This document shows, in pieces, positions 37,260 through 48,179 of a DNA stretch of 64,000 nucleotides; the first letter of the stretch is position 1, and each line of letters opens with the position of its first letter. The notes beneath the pieces were generated by a model. The model had not been told where the DNA came from and did no database searches. It worked only from the letters and a program-made list of their open reading frames with translations. Made by a program: the position numbers and the translations under genes. Source of the stretch: a virus; the IMG/VR virus record IMGVR_UViG_3300031555_005802, positions 3,862 through 67,861 of that record, one strand, 5' to 3'.

Positions 37260-38738
37260 ATGAAACTTAAATTTTTTTCTTGACTATTTTTTATTTTATC
37301 TATTGCATTGACATTTGTTAGTTTAAGTGCTGGATATTACTTATATTCGGCACTTTTTACTGTTTCAACGGCATTATTAATATGTTCTGTTTTTGAAATA
37401 TTAAGATTGTCAACATTATATGCGGTTTCGGTATTTAGTAAAACTGCGAAATTTATTGTATCAAGTTTATATCTTATAATTGTTGTAATATGTTTTTTTG
37501 CATCTGTTATATCATTAGATACACAAATAATACAGAAGAATAATGAAAATGTATCTCAGATAGAAAAGCAGATAGAGCAGGATTTGTATAAAATTAGACA
37601 TGAATATTCTAAAGCATATGATGTTAAATTGGATAATTTATATAAGAAAAGAGATGAATTTAATCAGAGGTTAGCACGTAATCCTCGTTCAAAATATTAT
37701 AATAGACGTCTTCAGCAGACAGATGAAGAAATAATTAAGTTAGAAAATGAAAGAAATGAAAAGTTAAATAAAGTTTCTTTTGGTAATATAAAAATAGAAG
37801 AAATAAAAACACATTTATCGATTCTTGGTATTGAATCAAGTGGTGTCTATACATCTAAAGAACATTCTGCTTTTCAACAGGCATTAAATGGTTTGTTTGA
37901 TATGGATGTTTTGCAACTTCAGAAATTAATTGGATATGCATTAGCATTTGGTATTGAAGCAAGTATATTGTTATTAGCAATTCTAGGTTTTTACTTAAAT
38001 AAAATGACAAAAAAAGAAAATTCAAATGAAATCATATCAGAAAATACAATTGAAAACATTACAGATAATAAAGAAGTTAAAATTGATGATATAGAATTGA
38101 ATAATGAAGATATTAAGTCAGACATAAAATTAGATAATAATGAAGTATATGAAGAACAAGTTAAGATAACTGATAATGAAAAATTAATTGTTAATATAAG
38201 TGAAAAATTGACTAATGATATAGATAAAAATGATATAGATAAAATAGATAAAATAGATAAAATAGATAAAATAGATAAAAATGATATAGATAAAAAACTT
38301 TATCTAAATAAAATAGATAATGATTTTGCTGATATTAAATTTGATTATGAAACGAGTGAACACTCCATTTTAGCTGAAGAACCAACTAAAGAACAAGAAT
38401 CTAAAAAAAGAGGAAGAAAAAAGAAAGAAAAACCAATAGAAATAAAACAAGTTGAATTAGAAGATAAACCTAAACAAGAAATATCTGATATTAAATATTT
38501 GAAAGATGAAAAGTCTAAGCAAGAGATTATTAAAATTAAGGATTTATCAGAAAAACCAAAGCAAAATAAAAAAGAAGATGTTAAAACATTAACAGATAAT
38601 GAAAAACAAATAAAAAAGACAAGAAAAATTAATAATAGAAATTTAATAATGAATAATTATATTCCTGATTTTTCTAATATTAGGAAATCTAGAGAAAACA
38701 TGAAAAGTTTACTAAATAGAGGAAACAAACAGGGTTAA
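37260..38738 (+). CDS. membrane protein with coiled coil and low-complexity tail; TGA=Trp at codon 8
   Basis: hydrophobic helices, coiled coil, (IDK)n repeat near 38215-38295. Confidence 0.65.
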
Positions 38739-38799
38739 CATTTTTTGGATTCTTTGTTAAAATTATTAAAACAACAACTTATAAAGGAGCTACAAACAA

Positions 38800-38991
38800 A
38801 TGGGTAAGACAGAACCTCGAATCAACTATGATTTCATGCCCTCAAAGAAAGACATCCAGATGACTGAAATGCGTTTAGCTAATAAACATAAAAACAGAAT
38901 GTTCGATCAAATGGATGATGAGGTAAATTATAACTTCTTTGATGATGATATTCCAGTTGATGAAGAAATGTCAAAATATCTAAAGCGATAA
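38800..38991 (+). CDS. small early hypothetical protein
   Basis: AAGGAG RBS, GTTAAC promoter motif upstream. Confidence 0.6.
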   Translation: MGKTEPRINYDFMPSKKDIQMTEMRLANKHKNRMFDQMDDEVNYNFFDDDIPVDEEMSKYLKR

Positions 38992-38993
38992 TT

Positions 38994-39425
38994 ATGAAAA
39001 ATACCTGTGCAGCTTTTATTACGGATGGCAAATATGTTTTGGTTTGCCATCCTACAAATAACAAATATTATATGTCATGGTCCCTACCGAAGGGATGTAA
39101 AGATGATAACGAAACACAATACGATGCTGTAATCAGAGAAACATTGGAGGAAACAAACATCTCCCTTAATAAAGATAATTTAATAAAAATAAATGATTAT
39201 CCATATAGGAAAAATAAATTTTATACACTTTTCTTATACAAAACCGAAAGTTTACCCGATATCAAACAACTAAAATGCACATCATATATCAATGAACTCA
39301 AAATATATGAAATTGACGGATTCATGTATGTAACATTCGATAAACTTAAAAGCTTATTGAATCAAAAACAATATATCATAATCAAATCCTTTTTAACTGA
39401 TAATTTGATGATAAATAAAAAATAA
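38994..39425 (+). CDS. NUDIX hydrolase
   Basis: WSLPKG...ETQYDAVIRETLEETNI Nudix box. Confidence 0.9.
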   Translation: MKNTCAAFITDGKYVLVCHPTNNKYYMSWSLPKGCKDDNETQYDAVIRETLEETNISLNKDNLIKINDYPYRKNKFYTLFLYKTESLPDIKQLKCTSYINELKIYEIDGFMYVTFDKLKSLLNQKQYIIIKSFLTDNLMINKK

Positions 39426-39440
39426 AAAGGAACTCAAGAT

Positions 39441-39758
39441 ATGTTAACACCAAATGATCTATTGGATTATTATAATAGAGAAGATATAAAAAAGGAATTA
39501 ATAGAACTAGAAAAATCTATAGACGACCATTTATATTCATTTTATATAGATAAAGATACAAGAATTCCGGGATTTGAAATTGATAAATTAAAATCACCAG
39601 TTGAAAAAATATTGACCGACATGTATGATATGTGTGGTTGGACAATATGGTTTGAACCATTAGAAGATAAAAATAAATATCTTCTTTATATAAAACAAAA
39701 ACAAGAAAACAAGTTAGATATTTCCAGTTTAAAACTAAAACAATCTTACCGATTATAA
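39441..39758 (+). CDS. hypothetical protein
   Basis: ORF with RBS. Confidence 0.55.
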   Translation: MLTPNDLLDYYNREDIKKELIELEKSIDDHLYSFYIDKDTRIPGFEIDKLKSPVEKILTDMYDMCGWTIWFEPLEDKNKYLLYIKQKQENKLDISSLKLKQSYRL

Positions 39759-39768
39759 AAGGTGAAAC

Positions 39769-40194
39769 ATGGAAGGAAAGGATAGGGAATATATTGCCAA
39801 AGTTGTTAGTGATGTAAGCTTTTTATTAATTATTACACTTTTATTCATTTTATATGGTCCCTTAACATATAACATTCCTATCATATTTTCATTATTGTTA
39901 ATGTTTGGCGCATTTTCATTAGGAATAGGAATTTATACATTTTCACTTAATGAGGATGATTTACATTCCAGAGCAGAAATATTAAGATTATGTTCTGACT
40001 GTGATAGCTTAAATTCATATACATTCTTTAAGTATACAATGGGATTTGGAGCACTTGCATATATGTGCTATATATCCCAAGCAAAATTACTTGCGATATT
40101 TATATGTGTATATTCAATTCTTAATTTAATAGGATTATATCTTATTAAACTTAAAAATGATGTTTTATTCAAAAAATTCAAAACAAGAAAATAA
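39769..40194 (+). CDS. hypothetical membrane protein
   Basis: about four hydrophobic segments. Confidence 0.6.
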   Translation: MEGKDREYIAKVVSDVSFLLIITLLFILYGPLTYNIPIIFSLLLMFGAFSLGIGIYTFSLNEDDLHSRAEILRLCSDCDSLNSYTFFKYTMGFGALAYMCYISQAKLLAIFICVYSILNLIGLYLIKLKNDVLFKKFKTRK

Positions 40195-40223
40195 TTTACT
40201 GAAAAATAAAATTTTGATAAAAT
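40195..40223 (+). promoter_or_regulatory. sigma70-like promoter for the tRNA cluster
   Basis: TTTACT-N17-TAAAAT ending 9 nt before the tRNA-Gly. Confidence 0.6.
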
Positions 40224-40232
40224 AGAATAGAT

Positions 40233-40307
<75 letters not shown>

Positions 40308-40381
40308 GGGACCATAGTTTAATGGAAAAACATTTCCCTTACAAGGAAAAATCACTAGTTCAATTCTAGTTGGTCCCACCA
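40308..40381 (+). tRNA. tRNA-Val(UAC)
   Basis: GGGACCA/TGGTCCC acceptor, loop CTTACAA, CCA end. Confidence 0.9.
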
Positions 40382-40481
40382 AACAATTTTTATAAATAGA
40401 TTATCATAACTATAAATTGCGATAAATTAAGCTACTTCGACCGTTAATAATAACTTAATTTGAGTGTTCATTTATAGTTAT

Positions 40482-40561
40482 GGCGGTGTACCGGAGTCTG
40501 GTTATCCGGCATGGTCTGCAAAACCATTGTTTCGTAGGTTCAAATCCTACCACCGCCTCCA
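40482..40561 (+). tRNA. tRNA-Cys(GCA)
   Basis: GGCGGTG/CACCGCC acceptor, U73, loop CTGCAAA, CCA end. Confidence 0.9.
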
Positions 40562-40588
40562 TTAACAATCAAATAAAAGGATTTCTTA

Positions 40589-40864
40589 ATGAGTGCTGAT
40601 GACACCATCGTCATTTTCAGGTTCACAGTAAATAACAAAAATTTCTATAACACTCAAAGAATTCAAGCAGCAGAAAATATCGATAACAAAAATTACATTA
40701 ACTTTTATTTCAAAAATTTAAATTCAACAAAGTTTACAACAAATCATGAAAAAGCTTTTTATGTAGCTAAAAAACTAAATCAAATTCCAGCTGAATATGG
40801 AATCCAAACTTGTGAGATCAAAAATGAACGAATCGAAAAATATATACACAGGTTATTTTTCTAA
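40589..40864 (+). CDS. hypothetical protein
   Basis: MSADD start, EYGI motif, RBS. Confidence 0.6.
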   Translation: MSADDTIVIFRFTVNNKNFYNTQRIQAAENIDNKNYINFYFKNLNSTKFTTNHEKAFYVAKKLNQIPAEYGIQTCEIKNERIEKYIHRLFF

Positions 40865-41234
40865 TTTAGAAAAATACATAGAAAATAATCTATTTCCAAT
40901 TTCAATATGTGGAAAAGCTCCTGATTGATACACAGGAGCTCAATATAAAAAATTAGCACCATCATGAGATATATTCAGTAAATATAAGTCAGGCATATAT
41001 TCAGAAAGTGACTATGAAACACATTTTCTAAAAGAACGCCTCGGTATTCTTGATAAGAACATAGTCATCCAAGAATTATATGACAAAACTGAAAAAGATA
41101 TAGTTTTATTATGTTATGAAAAACCAGGAAAATTTTGTCATAGACATATTGTTGCTAATTGATTATCAGAAATAACAAATATAACGGAATTTAATTTACA
41201 TACAAACAAAAATTTAGTAGAATATTTTCAATAA
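40824..41234 (+). CDS. DUF488-like protein; TGA=Trp
   Basis: IYTGYFS, PDWY, KKLAPSW, LLCYEKPGKFCHRHIVANWL; all three Trp are TGA. Confidence 0.8.
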
Positions 41235-41246
41235 GGAGTACAAAGT

Positions 41247-41855
41247 ATGATTACTGTAAATCTGTCTCGCATTCATAAAATGATTCAAGATAATAACTAC
41301 CAGTTCAAATCTATTTTTAGAAATGAACTAAATTCAAAATTCAAATATATAAATAAATTCAAAATTCTTGAAAAAACAACTGATGTTGATTTAGCTGAAT
41401 TCATTAATCAAATTGATGAGCGCAGAAATAAGACAATACGTAATCTAGATGAAGGCATCAAAATCATCGATTATATTGAATATCTCAAATCAAAATTAGA
41501 AACAATGAATGTTGAAACAGGTATTAATCATCTATTAGATGAAGCAAAATTTATCAATAGGCGAATTACCTATTATGAAACAATTCTAAATGAAATTAAA
41601 ATGAATTTATATAATACAGATTCATTTACAAGGAATTTCAAAAGTGTTGATTATTATAAATCAGCATTCACAGAAACAAATAAGTCATATGAACTAGATA
41701 TTCTAACATTTATTGATGAAAACATTGAGTTTCTTGAAAATGCAATAAAGGATTACAGGAAGAAACTTGTAAAAGTCAATGACGATATTGCGCTAAAAAA
41801 TCAAACAACTACTATTGATATAATGACATTTGATGAATTTATCAGTAGTAAATAA
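41247..41855 (+). CDS. coiled-coil hypothetical protein
   Basis: 202-aa helical ORF, AAGGAG RBS. Confidence 0.7.
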   Translation: MITVNLSRIHKMIQDNNYQFKSIFRNELNSKFKYINKFKILEKTTDVDLAEFINQIDERRNKTIRNLDEGIKIIDYIEYLKSKLETMNVETGINHLLDEAKFINRRITYYETILNEIKMNLYNTDSFTRNFKSVDYYKSAFTETNKSYELDILTFIDENIEFLENAIKDYRKKLVKVNDDIALKNQTTTIDIMTFDEFISSK

Positions 41856-41860
41856 AAATT

Positions 41861-42112
41861 ATATTCTACTAAAGTTAAGGAGTTATACTTATTGATATTA
41901 AACTAATTTACATTATTAAAGACTATAGTATCCTTCAGAGGTTTATAAAAATTACTTATTATTTCGTTTGTCTTAAATAAATTTCTGTTATGGATTATAA
42001 TTTATCGCTAGTCGTTAGTTATAAGGCGGAATGCCGAGGTCGTCAGTCTAAAAATTAACATTATATTGATTTCTTAATATCATAAATAACAAATTAACTT
42101 TTTGTAGAATAT
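41861..42112 (+). ncRNA. candidate structured non-coding RNA
   Basis: about 250 nt with no ORF, closed by ATATTCTAC.AAAGTTAA / TTAACTTT..GTAGAATAT and followed by a terminator. Confidence 0.4.
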
Positions 42113-42113
42113 G

Positions 42114-42143
42114 AACTCCTCGAAAATTTTCGAGGAGTTTTTT
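42114..42143 (+). terminator. intrinsic terminator
   Basis: AACTCCTCGAAAA/TTTTCGAGGAGTT followed by T run. Confidence 0.8.
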
Positions 42144-42200
42144 ATTTTATGAAGTTAACAAAAACCTAAACCTGTTTATAATATATAAAAGGAAAGTATC

Positions 42201-43205
42201 ATGAAAGAAAAAATTACTGAAATTGCACATGAAAAAAATGTTGATATTTTATATATAACCGAATATGGCTCAAAATTATACGGAACCAATTCAGAATCAT
42301 CAGATACAGACTACAAAGTTATCTTTTTACCTAAACTAAAAGATGTACTTATATGCAATTTTCAAAATTCATTTTCTATATCTACAGGAACAAATAATTC
42401 AAAGAATTCTAATGAAGATATTGATATTGAATTTTATTCTCTTCAATATTGGATGAATAATGTCAAAAAGGGAGAAACAGGAGCACTAGATATTTTATTT
42501 TCAATCTTCAGAAAAGATACTCAACTTTATATAGATGAAAATTTTGAAACAGAAATAAAATCAAACTATAAAAACTATTTTACAGCAACAGAAGCTGAAG
42601 CATATATAAGATATGCATTAGCACAAATGAACACATATTCAATTAAAGGAGAACGTCTTAAAATTCTTGAAGATATCAATAATTATCTAAATAATCTCAA
42701 TGAAACTTTATATGAACAAAGAATTAATGACATTTTTAATGAACTGAAACATTTTTTAGATAATGAGTATTGTCATATAGATTCTAAACATATTACTATA
42801 TTGGGTAAAAAACATGACTTAAATATCTTTGTTTTTGAATTTAAGGATAGAATTAACAATTTATATAAAAAATATGGTCATAGAGCACAAAAAGCAAAGG
42901 AATGTAATGGATTTGATTTTAAAGCTGTATCTCATGCTTTAAGAACAATTTTTGAAATGGAAGAATTACTCACAACCGAATTTGTTCATTTTCCATTAAA
43001 ATCAGCAAATAAAATCAAACAAGTAAAATATGGGGAAATCAAAAAAGAAGAAGCTTTACAATATATAAATGATAAAATAAATCAAGTTTCATTGATTCTT
43101 AAAGATAAAAAGATTAACAATGATAATCAAATAAAATATAATAAAGATATTGCAAATCAATTAATATTTAATATGTACCGAAGGAAATATGTATGTGAAA
43201 TATAA
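42201..43205 (+). CDS. Pol-beta superfamily nucleotidyltransferase (T4 NrdC.11/RlaP-like)
   Basis: YGSKLYGTNSESSDTDYKVIFLP, DFKAVSHALR. Confidence 0.85.
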   Translation: MKEKITEIAHEKNVDILYITEYGSKLYGTNSESSDTDYKVIFLPKLKDVLICNFQNSFSISTGTNNSKNSNEDIDIEFYSLQYWMNNVKKGETGALDILFSIFRKDTQLYIDENFETEIKSNYKNYFTATEAEAYIRYALAQMNTYSIKGERLKILEDINNYLNNLNETLYEQRINDIFNELKHFLDNEYCHIDSKHITILGKKHDLNIFVFEFKDRINNLYKKYGHRAQKAKECNGFDFKAVSHALRTIFEMEELLTTEFVHFPLKSANKIKQVKYGEIKKEEALQYINDKINQVSLILKDKKINNDNQIKYNKDIANQLIFNMYRRKYVCEI

Positions 43206-43735
43206 TCTTTTTAGATATAGATGGAGTTTTGAACAATGAAAACACTTTGATTTTTGGAATTCAAAACTCTCATTTAGATACATGTAATTTTGAGTGATTT
43301 AAATATACAATAAAACATATCGACAATATAAAAATTGTTATATCTTCATCATGAAGAAACTCTAATGAAAATATTGATAACTTTCTTAATTTTACATCTA
43401 TATTAGGTGCAGAAAGATTTGAAGAAATAAAACAATATTTTCATGATGATTATCAAATTAAAAATATTCCCAACGTTAAGCGAGGTGCAGAAATAGAGGA
43501 ATGAGTTTCAAGACATAAAAATGAAATAAAGAAATATATTATTTTAGATGATAAAGTTCAATTTAGCAAAAATCAACCATTTCTTCATATAAACAAAATA
43601 TATGGTTTCGGAAAAACAGAACATGACATCTTAATATCATATTTTAATGGTTCAAACTTTGATTGTGTAAATGAGACACTAAAGGTCCTAAGAAATCAAA
43701 CAAAATTTATCAAAAAATATCTTGGAGATAATTAA
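43193..43735 (+). CDS. HAD-family (RNA repair-type) phosphatase-like protein; TGA=Trp, including codon 2
   Basis: IIFLDIDGVLN, IVISSSWR, RGAEIEEW, YIILDD. Confidence 0.8.
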
Positions 43736-43976
43736 ATGAAACTTATTTTCATTCTTATTGGAATATGGTTTCTTATTACATTTTTCTGGGGATTTATTAA
43801 AGTTCTTTCATTGGTATTTTTAGTTGTGATAGCATTAGCTCTGTTTAAGTTGGGCACCGATAATATACTGAATTCATATAAAACGAAAATGTAATTTTTT
43901 CATAGTTTTGAGGTTAACAAATTTCCAAAACAGGTTATAATATATCTATACAACAACAAATATAGGAGAATACCAT

Positions 43977-44804
43977 ATGGAAAGCATCAATAACAATAAG
44001 TTAAAACAATTAATGGAAAAAGCATACGACAGTGTTTTCATAAATGTCAATACTAATAACATAAAGAAATTAGATTTTTCCAATCTTTTATGTACTAATG
44101 TTTCATCTAATGTAAAATATTGTGAGATGCAAGCCAAGTTGTATGAATATTTTTATTCTGAAACAAATGTTATATTAAAACACTATGATGAAGAAGCAGT
44201 AGAGGGTCTTAAACATCATATGTATCAGTATTATTATGAAGATGTAAAAAACTACAGTGAAATGTGTCGAATATTTGATGACACAGATTGGAATTACCAT
44301 CCAAGTTTAGCTTTTCTGAAAGAAATAGGAATACAACCTGAAGTTGGTTCAAACATAAAAATAGTAGAAAAACTAAATAATAATAAGAAGAAAAGTGGTA
44401 TAGTTGATTTAATATCTGAAGAACAAATATTTTTTTACTCTTATAAAGACGAGATAAAACTTCCTGAAGTCAGAAAGAATGTTGCATTAGCAGAGGCTTG
44501 TTTTAATTATTTTGAAAAAATGTGCATGATATTAAACACTTCACATCAGGAGTTTGCAGTAAGCAAAGCATTTATATGTGCAATGTACTTTGCTAATCAA
44601 ATAAGTGGTAGAGTTATATTACAGGATAAAGAAAGACAGAAAATGCTTGCCTTATGGATTAGAAAATACATGTTGGCTGATATAAGAGAAAATGTTACAC
44701 AAATCCGTAAATGTTTAAGAACAATTTGGATAATGTCTTTTCTTGACCATTTGATTCAAAACAATTACAAATATTTTGGAAATATCTACCAAGACAAATA
44801 TTAA
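43977..44804 (+). CDS. early hypothetical protein
   Basis: 275 aa, standard code, follows a promoter cassette. Confidence 0.7.
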   Translation: MESINNNKLKQLMEKAYDSVFINVNTNNIKKLDFSNLLCTNVSSNVKYCEMQAKLYEYFYSETNVILKHYDEEAVEGLKHHMYQYYYEDVKNYSEMCRIFDDTDWNYHPSLAFLKEIGIQPEVGSNIKIVEKLNNNKKKSGIVDLISEEQIFFYSYKDEIKLPEVRKNVALAEACFNYFEKMCMILNTSHQEFAVSKAFICAMYFANQISGRVILQDKERQKMLALWIRKYMLADIRENVTQIRKCLRTIWIMSFLDHLIQNNYKYFGNIYQDKY

Positions 44805-44887
44805 GGAGGAATTAAGAAATGATAACTGAACACTTTCAAAAGTCTTATTAGTGAATATATATATAACAAAAACTAAAGAGGTTAATC

Positions 44888-45172
44888 ATGATTCGCAAGA
44901 TTCTTTTGACTGCTTCCCTCTTGATTCTTAGTTCCAACGCCTATGCAAATTGTGATTATTCTGATGCAATTTTAATTGATAATGAAAACAATAAAATTTA
45001 TGCTGAATGTCTCAAAATTAAAAATAATAAATATCATGTTTTCACATCTAATGCTAAGGGTGAAATCATGGAATCTGTTTATTCCAAAAACGAAATCTCG
45101 GATTTTATAACAATTGAGGACATAGAAACTGAAATGAAAGTAAAATCCATGTACATAAATCCTCTCATCTAA
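44888..45172 (+). CDS. secreted hypothetical protein
   Basis: signal-peptide-like N-terminus. Confidence 0.6.
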   Translation: MIRKILLTASLLILSSNAYANCDYSDAILIDNENNKIYAECLKIKNNKYHVFTSNAKGEIMESVYSKNEISDFITIEDIETEMKVKSMYINPLI

Positions 45173-45458
45173 CATACACTGAGAAATAATATGCCTACTT
45201 TTAATAAGATGACTCAATTTATGCTGTTTAGTTTTGTCCTATTACCACTAACATTCAAACGAATAAACACTTTTACAATTATTCTTATTCTACTCTGTTT
45301 AACCGGCTATATTTTTAACTTCCAAAATATATTCCAATATTGTCCAGATTTTTCTCAAGTAACAACAATTGGTGATATCAACCTTAGATTTGCTATATCA
45401 GTCATAGGTATTTTTATTGCTCCTATTGGTATAGTTACTGGATTTATTTGGTAGGGAG

Positions 45459-46079
45459 ATGATAATGAGCACGATAGGACGTAAGATTTATATAAATTGG
45501 GGAAATATTATTTTGGCTATTGAGAAGATTCAAATGACGGATGAGCGTCTCAAAGAGCTTCACATCGAAAAGGGCAAAGAAGTAGGATGTCCAATTTCAT
45601 TATATAATATTAATGAGTTTCTTGGATGTCGTGTGGAAGAACATTTACAATCTGAAACAGCTATGGAAGTTGAGTTTTCCAGATTCTTAACAAATGATGA
45701 ATATTGGATTACAGATGAAGAAGACAGAATGTTATATTTAAATGATATTAAAAAAGAAAGACAAGAATTCAATATTGTAATTAGTGAAGAAAATGATTAT
45801 CCCGAATATTACGTTTTGACTCCTGATGAATATGATAATCTTTATGAAAACAAATATTCAGAAAACAATGAACAGTGTTTATCATTTTTAGTTAGAATTC
45901 GTTGTGATGATGAAAGTTTTTGGGGATTACTTTTTAGACAACAAGATGTCGATAATTATAAAACTGCTAATATAGGACAAAATATCAAATTTATAGCATG
46001 TAATAATACCTTAAATGGACAAATTATAGGTCATGTTTATAATGCCAAAATTAATGATAAAGGTGATATAGAAATTTAA
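45459..46079 (+). CDS. hypothetical protein
   Basis: 206-aa ORF. Confidence 0.65.
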   Translation: MIMSTIGRKIYINWGNIILAIEKIQMTDERLKELHIEKGKEVGCPISLYNINEFLGCRVEEHLQSETAMEVEFSRFLTNDEYWITDEEDRMLYLNDIKKERQEFNIVISEENDYPEYYVLTPDEYDNLYENKYSENNEQCLSFLVRIRCDDESFWGLLFRQQDVDNYKTANIGQNIKFIACNNTLNGQIIGHVYNAKINDKGDIEI

Positions 46080-46140
46080 TGAATATTTCTCCTATTTAAA
46101 ATCATAATAAATAAAATGAGGATAATTAAATAGGAGAAAT

Positions 46141-46434
46141 ATGATGAGAAACATTCAATTTATATCATATGATGGTAAATATCCTAATTTATGTAAAGGA
46201 AAGCTTACATTAAAAGTTGAAAATGATATTGTAGACTTTATTGATGTTTTGGAAACAAATGGACGTTCTTATTTTGATGATAAATGAGAACCACATATAG
46301 AGAAAGGTCAATGATATTTATGTAGTGATGATGTTGAACTTAACAGTTTTAATTTTAGTTATGAGGAAATAAATCTTATAGAAAAATTGATAAATGAAAA
46401 TATTGAGTTAGGTTGTTGTGGAGGATGTCTTTAA
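46141..46434 (+). CDS. conserved-looking phage protein ending GCCGGC; TGA=Trp
   Basis: SYDGKYPNLCKGKL...NENIELGCCGGCL; RBS lies inside a hairpin. Confidence 0.7.
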
Positions 46435-46451
46435 CTAAAAAGGAGAAAATA

Positions 46452-46847
46452 ATGATTGTTGAAAACATTCAAGCTGTACTGGATGACATTAAGAACACTT
46501 ATGGAGAGCAATCATTAGAATATGGTTTATTTAGATGTATGACACTTGAAAAATTTGTATCAATCGTCGATACAAGAGATGAATTGATAAATGATTTGAA
46601 TGAATTCAAAGAAATTGTTGAGGATGTTCTTTGTTCAAATATGACAAGAACAAATGAAATATTTGAAAAAATTCTTAATGCAATAAATGAGGTCCTTGAT
46701 AGTGATTTAGAATATAGCAATTTTTTCAATATTGAATATCAAGTAAAAATAGACAAAGCAATTCATATTGCTAGATTAACTAAAACATGTCTTGATGTTG
46801 CAGTTGCTGTAACTGAAGACATATATGAGCACTATGACTTAGACTAA
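46452..46847 (+). CDS. hypothetical protein
   Basis: AAGGAG RBS, ATG at 46452. Confidence 0.6.
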   Translation: MIVENIQAVLDDIKNTYGEQSLEYGLFRCMTLEKFVSIVDTRDELINDLNEFKEIVEDVLCSNMTRTNEIFEKILNAINEVLDSDLEYSNFFNIEYQVKIDKAIHIARLTKTCLDVAVAVTEDIYEHYDLD

Positions 46848-46975
46848 ATTGATTTTCCGAAAAGTATTTTTTCAAAAAACCGGCAAAATTGCCGGTTTTT
46901 TCATATTTCAAGGTTAACAAATTTTCAAAGCAAGTTATAATATATCTATACAACAACAAATATAGGAGAAACAAA

Positions 46976-47350
46976 ATGGGTGTCGAAATTCAATTTGTAC
47001 TTGTTGAAGTTCATAACATAAATGGTCTTTTGATGCCTGAAAAGAAATATGCTTCTACTGTTTGTGTTTTTGATATGGGTAAGCTTGGTATAAATACTCG
47101 TTTTCCTGTAGGTAAAAAGACAAAGCTTTATTGGTTTCTTCCCGGAAGTGACAAGCCTGTTGAAAATGATATCTATGATAATGAATGTGAACAGTTTTCT
47201 ATTGAAGAAACTGAAAATTGGCTTAAAGGTCTTAAGGACAAATTGTTGTCCTTAAATGCTTTGATTTCAAAGAAGTCAATGCTTGCTGCTATAAAGAAGA
47301 TTAAGGCTAGCAACGAGAGTGAATATGCTTTTATAACATATTATCATTAA
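46976..47350 (+). CDS. early hypothetical protein
   Basis: starts MGVEIQ after a promoter cassette. Confidence 0.7.
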   Translation: MGVEIQFVLVEVHNINGLLMPEKKYASTVCVFDMGKLGINTRFPVGKKTKLYWFLPGSDKPVENDIYDNECEQFSIEETENWLKGLKDKLLSLNALISKKSMLAAIKKIKASNESEYAFITYYH

Positions 47351-47661
47351 AAAGTTCATATTTCAAGGTTAACAAATTTCCAAAGCAGGTTATAATATAT
47401 CTATACAAACAAATTGAAGGAGATTTTTATGATTCCCTACATCAAAAAGCGTGAACTTTTCTGTGGATGCAAGAAGGACAGCAAAACTATGAAGTCCCGC
47501 TACAATCGCCGCATCTGCAATTATCTCCTTAAAAAACTCAAAAAAGATAAAGATTTCGACAACATTTAAGGAAATTTTCTAAAAGTTCATATTTCAAGGT
47601 TAACAAATTTTCAAAACAGGTTATAATATATCTATACAACAACAAATATAGGAGAAACAAA

Positions 47662-48090
47662 ATGGAACGCATCGAAGCCATCGAATTTGCCACCAAGACC
47701 ATGAACATTGAACTTTCCAAGGCGAAGAAGATGTCCACTGCTCAGCTGGTAAAGAAGGTTGAAGCGTATATTGCTGCTCATCCTGTTGTTGAAGCAAAGA
47801 AGCATCGTGGTCGTCCTGCAAATCCCAACAAGAAGAACAAGACGATCGTCACGAAGGGTGAATTCATGGTTGGTTGGACTACTCCTAGCGGTAATGTTCG
47901 TGCCCTGAAGTACTGCTCCATTAAGCGTCATGGAAACGTATGCCAGACAATCGTTGACTCTGAACTTAATCCTGAAAAGATGTCTCGTGTTCATGTCTAC
48001 AAGAAGCGTGAAACTGCTGTGAAGCAAATCGAAATCATGCAGAAGATTAATCCTGAATATTACGCAGGTCTTGAAATCATCACGAAGTAA
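47662..48090 (+). CDS. early basic protein with an AT-hook-like RGRP motif
   Basis: higher-GC codon usage, promoter cassette upstream, terminator at about 48106-48136. Confidence 0.7.
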   Translation: MERIEAIEFATKTMNIELSKAKKMSTAQLVKKVEAYIAAHPVVEAKKHRGRPANPNKKNKTIVTKGEFMVGWTTPSGNVRALKYCSIKRHGNVCQTIVDSELNPEKMSRVHVYKKRETAVKQIEIMQKINPEYYAGLEIITK

Positions 48091-48179
48091 ATCACAAATA
48101 AAAATAAAGGGAGGTACAAAACAATACCTCCCTTTTCATCATATTCATATCCTGTTACCTAATAATTAAGGAGTATTAT

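Larger units (their letters stand above)
43901..47664 (+). repeat. four near-identical early promoter/RBS cassettes (about 43901, 46901, 47356, 47586)
   Basis: AGGTTAACAAATTT.CAAA.CA.GTTATAATATATCTATACAA...GGAGA repeated before early genes. Confidence 0.85.
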
